Position numbers and translations under genes: made by a program. A model generated the notes under the pieces. It did not search any database and had not been told where the DNA came from. It saw only the letters and a program-made list of their open reading frames with translations. From Gammaproteobacteria bacterium (GTDB taxonomy: Bacteria; Pseudomonadota; Gammaproteobacteria; DATFLL01), in NCBI GenBank assembly GCA_035267785.1, contig DATFLL010000050.1, forward strand, positions 1,289-65,288: 64,000 nt of DNA, given 5' to 3'. Position 1 is the first letter of the stretch. Each line of letters starts with the position of its first letter. Of this stretch, positions 1 through 7,647 are shown piece after piece.

Positions 1-1
1 C

Positions 2-739
2 ATCACCTTTGTCGGGTCCATTGTTGCGCTGATATTCCTACCGCGAGCCTCGGTCCCTGCGGATGCCGCGCTTCCGATGTCTCGAGGGCAAGGCCGCCTA
101 GCCGCGCTACTGAGTTCACCGGGGTGCCCGTTCATTGTCGCGGCGTGGGGTTTCAATCTGCTCGTCTTCCTGACCATGCAGGGCGTGCTGCTCGCAACGA
201 TGGTGCTGTTGGTCAAACACCGTGAGATCTATCTGTTCGGCATGCAGGCGAGGGGGACATCGGGCCTGGTCATGGCGGTTTTGATTGGGTGCTCGGCGCT
301 AATGGCGGTCGGCATCGGCCGGGCGATCGACAAAGTGGCGCTGCGGGCCACGCTGCCGGTTCCAGCGCTCGGTGTTTTCGCGGCGGGTTTCGGGACTCTG
401 GCGGTTGCCCATTCGACACTTGTGCTGATACTCGGGGCGGTGTTCGTCGGCCTTTCCTTCAATGGGATCACGTTGCCGATGATGGCGCTGCTCGGGGACG
501 TCACCAGCGAGGGTCAACACGGTCCTGCCGTCGGTATCTATCAACTGTTTGGCGACATCGGAGGCACAATCGGGCCGATCGCGGGCATTGAAGTCGGAAC
601 GAATATCGGTTTGGAGCCGCTGTATCTGGCCATCGCAGCGGTGATAGTGTTTGCCCTACCGTTCGCTCTCTGGCTAAGACGGTACGAACAGGCCCGATTG
701 GTACGTCGCGGAGCAGAGGCACAGGCCCGCGGCGGCTAA
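2..739 (+). CDS. MFS-type permease, C-terminal part (5' end outside window)
   Basis: The frame is open from the first bases of the window. The product has about 6 hydrophobic helices with small-residue loops (GDIGGTIGP), like the second half of major-facilitator transporters. Family-level guess only. Confidence 0.55.
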   Translation: MTFVGSIVALIFLPRASVPADAALPMSRGQGRLAALLSSPGCPFIVAAWGFNLLVFLTMQGVLLATMVLLVKHREIYLFGMQARGTSGLVMAVLIGCSALMAVGIGRAIDKVALRATLPVPALGVFAAGFGTLAVAHSTLVLILGAVFVGLSFNGITLPMMALLGDVTSEGQHGPAVGIYQLFGDIGGTIGPIAGIEVGTNIGLEPLYLAIAAVIVFALPFALWLRRYEQARLVRRGAEAQARGG

Positions 740-1209
740 CTGCGAATGGGCCGCGAGCAGAGCGGGTTCGAGGGGTACGCTCGTCCTCTCGCACGAGAGG
801 GGCGTCGCGGGTAGATCAGAGGGGCGTGTTCGGGCGCGAAGTCGGTGCCGCGGGCTCGCTGCCCGGCTCGGGTTGCTCCACGCCGATTCCTTTTTGCTGT
901 TGGCCCGTTCGCTCCATGTCCGCCGGTTTCGAGGCGGCCGCTACCCGGCCGTTACGCGTTCGACAAATGCGCACGCGAATTTCATTTCTGAAATTATTTC
1001 AAATCCGCACCGGCTGCCGTTGCTCCGCCCTGTTTGTATCTCACTGATTGTTATGTTGATCCGGTGCCGCGTCCGTTTTGGCACGGTCGTTGCGATGTAT
1101 CGATCAACGGCAAATCGCCTAACGCCGCGGCGCGGCGGTGGGCGGGACGGGAGTGGCAGTGGGAACGTCGCATTCGATTGGGTTCAATCCATGCACGAGG
1201 GGCGCAGAC

Positions 1210-1836
1210 ATGCGGGAACGGTGGAGGGGGTATGTCTGGGGGCTGCTCGTCAGCGTGGCGATCGCCGTCGGCGCGCCGGACGCCCGGGCGTTCGCCCACG
1301 GACCCGACTGGACCATTGGTCGGGCGGTCATCGTCACGATGCCCCGAGGCGGGCGAACCCCGCACGGTCTGTACCTGAAGCTCAGCCTGCGCAACGTCGG
1401 TACGCCCGGCCGGACGCCGGTGCGCATCTTCGGGCGGTGGGCGCTGGAGGAGGCCGCCGATCGGAATACTCGTGGTGCTGGTTCGCCAATCGGACCGGGC
1501 TGGGCCGGGCCGGCGCGCACGGATAACCAGCACGGTTCGTCGCCGACCGGTCGTTGGTCCGTGCCGAATGCGCCGTCCTACTCGCAGGCACCGTCCGCGC
1601 CGGGCATCCGGGCAGGCGGTGCGCAGCGACGGCAACTTCCGCGGGGAATGCGGTTGCTCGGAAGCTATCGGCGCGAGGTCAGCCTGAACCAGACGACCAT
1701 TCTGGCGGTTCCGCTCACGACGCTCGGTACGCCGCGGCGCGATATCCATCGCCTGGAGGTCGTGGTGATGACGGCGGCGGTGGTGACTGACCATCAGTTC
1801 GTCGAACTGGCGGCGAATCGGCGGGCGGGCTATTGA
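1210..1836 (+). CDS. hypothetical exported protein
   Basis: ATG at 1210 inside ORF 1138..1836. N-terminal signal-like segment GLLVSVAIAVGAPDARA. Third codon positions are mostly G/C in this frame. No recognisable domain, and the middle is low-complexity. Confidence 0.35.
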   Translation: MRERWRGYVWGLLVSVAIAVGAPDARAFAHGPDWTIGRAVIVTMPRGGRTPHGLYLKLSLRNVGTPGRTPVRIFGRWALEEAADRNTRGAGSPIGPGWAGPARTDNQHGSSPTGRWSVPNAPSYSQAPSAPGIRAGGAQRRQLPRGMRLLGSYRREVSLNQTTILAVPLTTLGTPRRDIHRLEVVVMTAAVVTDHQFVELAANRRAGY

Positions 1837-1878
1837 AGGCTCGCCGCATAGGCACGGGTTTTATCAACCAGACATGAG

Positions 1879-2628
1879 GTGAATCCAATGTTTCTCAATG
1901 ACCTGCATATCTCCCGCCTCGGTACGGCTCGGCTGTTGTTTGTGACGGCGGTGGCCTTGGGACTGAGCGGTTGCATGACTCCCAGTCAGCCTCACGCCGA
2001 CAACTCCGTGACAACGCACCGACTGGCCAGTCTGCCGCCCCCGAACGGCCCGGCCAAGAAGGTGACGATCTACCAGTTCACCAGCAGCGTGCCCGAGGTA
2101 GGCGCCCAAGCGGCTACCGACATGTTTACCACCGCATTGGTGAAATCACACCGCTTTGCCGTACTCGAGCGCCAGCGTCTCAGCGAGGGCGTGCTGCGAG
2201 AGAAGCAGATGAATTCGCAAGGCATGACCACGGGCAATGTCGGCCAGACCGCGTTGGCCGGCGCCGACTACATCTTTCACGGCACCGTCAGCGAAGCCAA
2301 TGCCAATGCATCGAGCAACGGTGTGGGGGCGACGGTGCGCGGGTTGGGAGTGGAGACCAGCGGCGCGAAGGCCGTGATCGCAGTCGATGTTCGGGTGGTC
2401 GACGCCCACAACGGAGCCGTGTTGGACGCGGTGGATGTACGCCGGGCGGTCAAACAGGGCGGCGTCGGCGTTTCGGGAATCGGCTCGTTCCTACAAAGCT
2501 TCACCAAGACAGACCTGCAGGGTGCCGATGCCAGCGTTCATTCCTCGCGCAAGGAAGGCGTGGATCGGGCGCTGCGAGAGTGCATCGAAGAGGCGGTCTA
2601 TCAGGTCGCCAAGCGGTTCGGTAACTGA
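1879..2628 (+). CDS. CsgG/HfaB-family outer-membrane lipoprotein
   Basis: Lipobox LGLSGC. Blocks TDMFTTALVKSHRFAVLERQRL and ADYIFHGTVSE...VIAVDVRVVDAHNGAVLDAV align to E. coli CsgG blocks TAMLVTALKDSRWFIPLERQGL and ANIMVEGSIIGYES...QIAVNLRVVNVSTGEILSSV. Confidence 0.8.
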   Translation: MNPMFLNDLHISRLGTARLLFVTAVALGLSGCMTPSQPHADNSVTTHRLASLPPPNGPAKKVTIYQFTSSVPEVGAQAATDMFTTALVKSHRFAVLERQRLSEGVLREKQMNSQGMTTGNVGQTALAGADYIFHGTVSEANANASSNGVGATVRGLGVETSGAKAVIAVDVRVVDAHNGAVLDAVDVRRAVKQGGVGVSGIGSFLQSFTKTDLQGADASVHSSRKEGVDRALRECIEEAVYQVAKRFGN

Positions 2629-2636
2629 AGGAGCGG

Positions 2637-3830
2637 GTGGGCGCCATGTCTCTGCGTTACCTGCCGTTCGCGCTTTTGCTTGGGTGCCTGCCCCTGATGG
2701 GGCGGGCCACCACCCCGCCGGGCGGCTGGCAGGTGAACGAGCTGCGGCTCAACGCGCCCACCGTTGGCGGTTTCTGGTACGGCGCAGCTTCGCCGTTGAG
2801 CCGTGGACTGAACGTCACCCAGGGCTATGCCGCCCTGTACGCAGTGGAGGTGCTGCCGGGCCTGAACTATACGGTCCAGCTGACGGTGCCGCACAGCCTC
2901 AAGGGTATTCAGGTCTTTGTGTACGACCGCTGGCCGCTGCTGCTCAAGGCACGCGCAATTCAACTGCCGACCGGGCCCGTCGTAGTGAGGCCGCAAGCGA
3001 GGCGGGTTACTTACCGCTGGCGCGTCGGGGTATCGGCACGCAGCACGGGCAGCCTGCTGTACATGCTGGTCCACTATCCACGCGACCCTGCACACCACCG
3101 CCGCTTGGCGCCCCGTCTGCTCGTCGCCTCGCCGCCGATCGGCCCTTCTCACCATATCGGCCACGGGGTGACCTATTTGCCGGGGCCGCGTCAGCTGGTA
3201 TTGCACGGAGACCGCTCCGCGGTGGCCTATGTGTTTCACCCGGCCGGACCTGACAGCCCGACTCGGTCGCGTCCAGTGTGGACGGTGCCGGGCGATCTCA
3301 TCAGTAACGCCCGTTTTACGGGGGGACTGAAGAACTGGGTGCCGCTGACCGGTGCCTCGGGGCAAGCAGCGCAGCCGGGCGTCGATACCGGTGGCTTGGC
3401 CCTGCCCGCCGGCACTGGCGTGCGCCAGGAGGTCGACGCCGATGTGTCCCGTGCAGAGTCGTTGATCCTGTGGGCGGATGTGCGTCTGGACGGGCCTTCC
3501 GGCGACATGCTGCAACAGCGGAACCCGGGTTTTGCGCTCGCCGTGTGTTATCAGGACGAGAAGGGTACCCGCCACTGTGGCGACACCGCCTATCGGGTGT
3601 CCTTCTCGACGGCGGGCGAGCGCGGTTCGCCCCTCAAAGGCGACGCGCAGGATCCGCGACAGCAGGTGCCGGCTGGACGCTGGGTTCGCTACCAGACCAA
3701 CCTCTTGGATATGAACCCGCCGCCGGTCCGCATCGATTCGCTGACACTGCGGGGCGGGGAGGGCGTGCGCGCCGCGCGGGTGCGGGAAGTCCACCTCATT
3801 TTGCGGAGTAACGACCATGCGCAACCGTAA
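2637..3830 (+). CDS. hypothetical secreted protein
   Basis: Starts 9 nt after the CsgG-like stop. Signal peptide LPFALLLGCLPLMGRA. The C-terminal third looks like a beta-sandwich or jelly-roll domain. No named family recognised. Confidence 0.6.
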   Translation: MGAMSLRYLPFALLLGCLPLMGRATTPPGGWQVNELRLNAPTVGGFWYGAASPLSRGLNVTQGYAALYAVEVLPGLNYTVQLTVPHSLKGIQVFVYDRWPLLLKARAIQLPTGPVVVRPQARRVTYRWRVGVSARSTGSLLYMLVHYPRDPAHHRRLAPRLLVASPPIGPSHHIGHGVTYLPGPRQLVLHGDRSAVAYVFHPAGPDSPTRSRPVWTVPGDLISNARFTGGLKNWVPLTGASGQAAQPGVDTGGLALPAGTGVRQEVDADVSRAESLILWADVRLDGPSGDMLQQRNPGFALAVCYQDEKGTRHCGDTAYRVSFSTAGERGSPLKGDAQDPRQQVPAGRWVRYQTNLLDMNPPPVRIDSLTLRGGEGVRAARVREVHLILRSNDHAQP

Positions 3831-4530
3831 TCTTTGGATTCTAAACATACTGGTGTGGAGCCTGTTGTGTGTGAGCGCACCGCTGGTCGCCGGACCGTTG
3901 GACCGTACCGACATGGGGCCGCGCGTCAACCCGGCGACCAACGACATGCTGCGCGTGCCGGGTGTGGTCGGCATGGACTATCAAAGCGCCGTGGGCGCAC
4001 TTCAGCAGGCCGGCCTCAATCCGCGTGTGAACAAGCTGCATAAGAAAACAAAGGAGTACGCGGGCGAGGAGGGGATGGTGGTCAAGCAGGTTCCATCGGC
4101 CGGCGGCGCGGCCATGCTCGGTTCATCGGTCAGTATTACGGTATATCTCCCGGGCAACATGGCGCTCGATCAAGGTCATCTGCCTGCCGGTGGAGCGCCG
4201 GCGCCCTATCCCGACGACGGCAGCGGCGGGTACGGGTCGCCCGGCGCCGAGCCGGCGGCAGACGGCCAAGGGGATGCTCCGAACGCGGGTGATTCTAGCG
4301 GCGGGGATGCCGGCCAGTTTGGTTCGGGAACATGGGGTGAACCCGCTGCGGCCCCGACGGCGAGCGTTGCCCCCGGTGTGGGCACGAATGGGCCGTCCGT
4401 ACCGCCGTCCCGGTGGCAGCTGCCGCCGGCCGGCGACCCCGCCGGCCCAACAGCCGCCCCGTCGGTGCCGGTCAAGCCCGAGGGTGAACATTATCTGCAC
4501 AATCCGCAACAGGGCGGGCAGCTGCGCTAA
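3817..4530 (+). CDS. PASTA-domain protein with Pro/Gly/Ala-rich tail
   Basis: Overlaps the previous gene by 14 nt. Has an N-terminal signal or anchor. VPGVVGMDYQSAVGALQQAGLNP...VVKQVPSAGGAAMLGSSVSITVYL matches the PASTA fold pattern. About 130 aa of P/G/A low complexity follow. Confidence 0.65.
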   Translation: MRNRNLWILNILVWSLLCVSAPLVAGPLDRTDMGPRVNPATNDMLRVPGVVGMDYQSAVGALQQAGLNPRVNKLHKKTKEYAGEEGMVVKQVPSAGGAAMLGSSVSITVYLPGNMALDQGHLPAGGAPAPYPDDGSGGYGSPGAEPAADGQGDAPNAGDSSGGDAGQFGSGTWGEPAAAPTASVAPGVGTNGPSVPPSRWQLPPAGDPAGPTAAPSVPVKPEGEHYLHNPQQGGQLR

Positions 4531-4569
4531 CGAACAACGGTCCACAAGCAAAATCACAGGAGTACCGTC

Positions 4570-5301
4570 ATGAGCGAAGACACCCACATTACATCAGCAT
4601 CGGCGACCAACGGTGGGGACAACCTGCCGTCCGCCGCTGGTATCGTCCAGACAGTTATCGCGGTCATAACGCGACCCTCCGAGTATTTCGAGGCGATGCC
4701 CCGCAACGGTGGTTTCGTACAGCCGCTGATCTTTATGGTGGTTATGGGGGTTGCGGCCGGTCTGGTGCATGCCGTGCTGGGGCTGCTGGGTTTGTTGCCG
4801 GGCGTGTCCGCCGCAATGGCCCTCGCGGCGATCGTGCTCGCGCCGATCCTGATTGCCATCTTTGGTTTCGTCGGTGCAGCGATTCTGTTCGTAATCTGGA
4901 AGCTTATGGGTTCGGAACAGGATTTTGAGACGGCCTATCGCTGTACAGCGTACGGCAGCGCCATCTCTCCAGTGACTCAGATATTGTCGGTGATTCCCTA
5001 TCTGGGCACGGTCCTGGGTCTGGCTTGGTGGACGTTCATTTTGGTCACTGCCAGCACGCGCGTTCATAGAATCCGTCAAGGTGTCGCGGCGGCGGTGTTT
5101 GGCATCATCGCTCTCCTGTTGGCAGTTGCCAGCGTGGGTGCGGAGATGGCGGCGCGCCGAATGCAGTCGGTATTGGAACAGGAAACGCAACAGCTCAGAT
5201 CGGGAACGGCCAACGGCCAGGATGCCGGTCAGGCGATGCAGGACCTGGGCAAGATGCTTCAGAAACTGGGCAAGAACGCAAAGCAGGGTGACGGCAAGTG
5301 A
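4570..5301 (+). CDS. Yip1-like polytopic membrane protein
   Basis: About 5 TM helices follow a cytoplasmic N-terminus (RPSEYFEAMPRNGGFVQPLIFMVVMG), the typical Yip1-domain layout. Charged coiled C-terminal tail. Confidence 0.55.
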   Translation: MSEDTHITSASATNGGDNLPSAAGIVQTVIAVITRPSEYFEAMPRNGGFVQPLIFMVVMGVAAGLVHAVLGLLGLLPGVSAAMALAAIVLAPILIAIFGFVGAAILFVIWKLMGSEQDFETAYRCTAYGSAISPVTQILSVIPYLGTVLGLAWWTFILVTASTRVHRIRQGVAAAVFGIIALLLAVASVGAEMAARRMQSVLEQETQQLRSGTANGQDAGQAMQDLGKMLQKLGKNAKQGDGK

Positions 5302-5346
5302 CCGGCCGTTGCGGTATTTGAATCGCAAGTAGTCAGGAGAAAAATC

Positions 5347-6123
5347 ATGAATCGCACAGCGGTTTTGGCCTCCCTTTCCACCGTGCTCCTGTTCGGTGCG
5401 GCATCCGCGGCGCAGGCCGGGCTGATTATTACGCAGGTGGAGAAGCAGTCGGACAGTCACAAGACGACCAAGAGCACCTTGTATATCGAGGGGAATAGTA
5501 TGGCTGTGCGTGCCGAAGACGGCACCGGAATGATCTTCGATGGGGACAAGCAGATATCCTGGAACTTCGACACGCATCGCAAGTATTACGTGAAGATGAC
5601 CGCCGCCGAAATGAAGGCGATGGTGGCCAAGTCGAAGGCGATGGCCGACAAGATGATGAAGGAACAGCTCAAGCACATGTCGCCCAAGGTGCGAAAGCAG
5701 ATGCTGGCCGAGATGAAGAAAGAGAAGAAGGGCCCGACGTACAAGAAGACCGGCTCCGTGCGCAGGGTGGGCAAATGGAAGTGCACGCCGGTGGCCAAGT
5801 ATTCATCCGACGGTGAGCAGCAGGATCAGATGTGTGTTGCGACGTTCGAGGAACTCGGTATCACGGCCGGCGACCGAAAGGTCTTCCGGGCGATGAACCG
5901 GTTTATTGAAGCGGCAGGCAGCGGCGATGATTGCGACGGCTGCAGCAGCTCAGGCATCTTGTCCAAGCGGGCGGAACAACAGCTCGGGTTCAGAGGCCTA
6001 CCCGTCGAGGAGGGAGACAACTTCACCAAGACGACGCTTGTGTCGATACGACACGGCGCTGTGCCCGCCAGCGCCTTCAAACTGCCCGCCGGGCTGGAAG
6101 AACGAAAAATGCCCGGTATGTGA
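5347..6123 (+). CDS. secreted protein (DUF4412-like?)
   Basis: Signal peptide ending AAQA, then a beta-rich start (GLIITQVEKQSD...TLYIEGNSMAV) and a Lys/Met-rich helical insert. The domain assignment is tentative. Confidence 0.55.
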   Translation: MNRTAVLASLSTVLLFGAASAAQAGLIITQVEKQSDSHKTTKSTLYIEGNSMAVRAEDGTGMIFDGDKQISWNFDTHRKYYVKMTAAEMKAMVAKSKAMADKMMKEQLKHMSPKVRKQMLAEMKKEKKGPTYKKTGSVRRVGKWKCTPVAKYSSDGEQQDQMCVATFEELGITAGDRKVFRAMNRFIEAAGSGDDCDGCSSSGILSKRAEQQLGFRGLPVEEGDNFTKTTLVSIRHGAVPASAFKLPAGLEERKMPGM

Positions 6124-6168
6124 GTCGGGTGGAGTTTGGAGAGGACTGGCAAACGGGAGGGCACTACG

Positions 6169-7242
6169 ATGAGATGGCAACGGGGGTTTGGGATCGGCGC
6201 GATACTGCTCTGGGCGCTGGCCGGAGCCGCGGCCTCTGCCGGCCAGGGGCTGGTCGCGGGGATCTACCCGGGCGCGGTGCGCGACAAACAGGCCGGGGAT
6301 GTCACAGTGCAGGTCTATCTGACCCATGCCTCGTTTAAGCAGGTGAGCACCTGGTATGCGGGGAAAGTGGGGGCGATGACCGAGAGCGCGGCCAATTCGC
6401 TCGGCCATGCGGACGCGGGCGGCGGTAACCCCGGTCGGACGGTCGGCGAAATCGGCGCGGACGTGGAGGCGATTCGGCGAGGACATGTCGTGATGGACCA
6501 GAGCACCGTTGTGCGCTCGCTCAAGGACATGACTGCGACGAAGGATGTTGGCGTGGTCTGCGAGGCGATGCGGCGCAATACAGCCAAGGATGGAGCTGCC
6601 GACAGTGCTCCGGCGGCCCCGAACGAGGACATGAGCGGGTCGGCCGATGCCCAGGCGGCAGCCATGCAGCGCCAATTGCAGCAGATGCAGGCCAAATTGA
6701 ACCAGGCGAATCGGCAGATGCTGGCCGAAACGACTCCGCTGGACCGGAAGATTGGTGCGATGAGCGATCTATTCGCGGGGCTTCGCGACGAGGCGATGGC
6801 CGGTCTACACAGCCACACCAAGCAGGACTTGTTGAAGGTCTACGCCAAATACAAACACCTGGAAACATCGTGGTATCCGACGGTCAAGACCGCCAACGGG
6901 CCCGAGAGCTACGATCGCTGGCTTCTGGCGCGCGACCGAGCGAAGCTAAAGGGTGAAATGCATGCAGGAGCGGCGCCGGCTCAAGCGGGAGCCGCCGATA
7001 TGCAGTCCTTGTCCGCCAAGATACAGGCCGCCGCGGCCGCCGGTCGCATGGACGAGGTGCAGCGTCTCAGTGCGCAGATGCGCCAGGGGATGGCGGGTGC
7101 GCAGACCGACGCCCACCAAGAGCGCGCGGCGCAGCTCGAGGATCGGTGGGATTTCTGGCTCGCCTTTCTCAAGGACCTCGACGCGCACGCGTACCGCACG
7201 CGCATCTGGATCAATACCCAGCCGTCGAGCTGGGGTTACTGA
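6169..7242 (+). CDS. secreted coiled-coil protein, unknown function
   Basis: ATG at 6169 with GGGAGG 8 nt upstream. Signal peptide ILLWALAGAAASAGQG. Long Ala/Gln/Met-rich helical segments. Confidence 0.55.
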   Translation: MRWQRGFGIGAILLWALAGAAASAGQGLVAGIYPGAVRDKQAGDVTVQVYLTHASFKQVSTWYAGKVGAMTESAANSLGHADAGGGNPGRTVGEIGADVEAIRRGHVVMDQSTVVRSLKDMTATKDVGVVCEAMRRNTAKDGAADSAPAAPNEDMSGSADAQAAAMQRQLQQMQAKLNQANRQMLAETTPLDRKIGAMSDLFAGLRDEAMAGLHSHTKQDLLKVYAKYKHLETSWYPTVKTANGPESYDRWLLARDRAKLKGEMHAGAAPAQAGAADMQSLSAKIQAAAAAGRMDEVQRLSAQMRQGMAGAQTDAHQERAAQLEDRWDFWLAFLKDLDAHAYRTRIWINTQPSSWGY

Positions 7243-7293
7243 GGGCCGCAGGCCATGGTCCGGGTATACAGGGACCCGGTCATTCGATCGACG

Positions 7294-7449
7294 ATGATGC
7301 TGCAACTCGCCCTGGTTGGCCTATTGTTGACGGCGGTTGGTTTGGCCATGCCGGGCAAAGTCGCCGCGGTACGTTTTGCACCGGTGCTGACAAGCAGTCC
7401 ACGGGTACCCGATGCGAACAAGGTGTATTTTCCTCCCTATACGAAATGA
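7294..7449 (+). CDS. possible small secreted peptide
   Basis: MMLQLALVGLLLTAVGLAMPGKVAA signal-like start followed by about 26 residues. Last co-directional ORF of the CsgG-like operon. Weak codon bias. Confidence 0.25.
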   Translation: MMLQLALVGLLLTAVGLAMPGKVAAVRFAPVLTSSPRVPDANKVYFPPYTK

Positions 7450-7647
7450 GCCGCGTCGCGATCCGTTTCGCGCGAGCGTAAGGCGTGACCGCGAGCGTGC
7501 CTTACGAATTAATAACAAAGTTAAATTAATCATTAGGCATATTTCAATTGACCGGCGTCAATGCCTATGCGACACCGTAAGTCATACTAATAAGCGTATG
7601 GCGCCAGCCGAATCTTTGCATGTCTCGGGACTGGGTGGAAAGTCTGT

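Noticed and set aside
1210-1836. Possible PCuAC-type copper chaperone.
   Set aside because: There is only a vague resemblance at the N-terminus. The conserved H(M)...M...HxM ligand pattern is absent and the middle is low complexity. Kept only as a hypothetical protein.
1850-1866. Sigma-54-like element aGGCACG-GGTT-TTATC upstream of the CsgG-like gene.
   Set aside because: The -24 half and the spacing are fine, but the near-invariant GC of the -12 element is AT here.
2601-3974. Very long ORFs antisense to, or out of frame with, called genes. Examples: 2601..3974-, 9994..12246-, 14662..16134+, 20491..21933-, 25061..26413-, 37970..40543-, 43317..44636-, 45274..46737-, 47479..49386-, 50417..52360+, 53070..54128-, 61683..62954+.
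   Set aside because: They are typical shadow ORFs of high-GC DNA, with Arg/Pro/Gly/Ala-rich products and no motifs. Each overlaps a frame whose product has clear family signatures.
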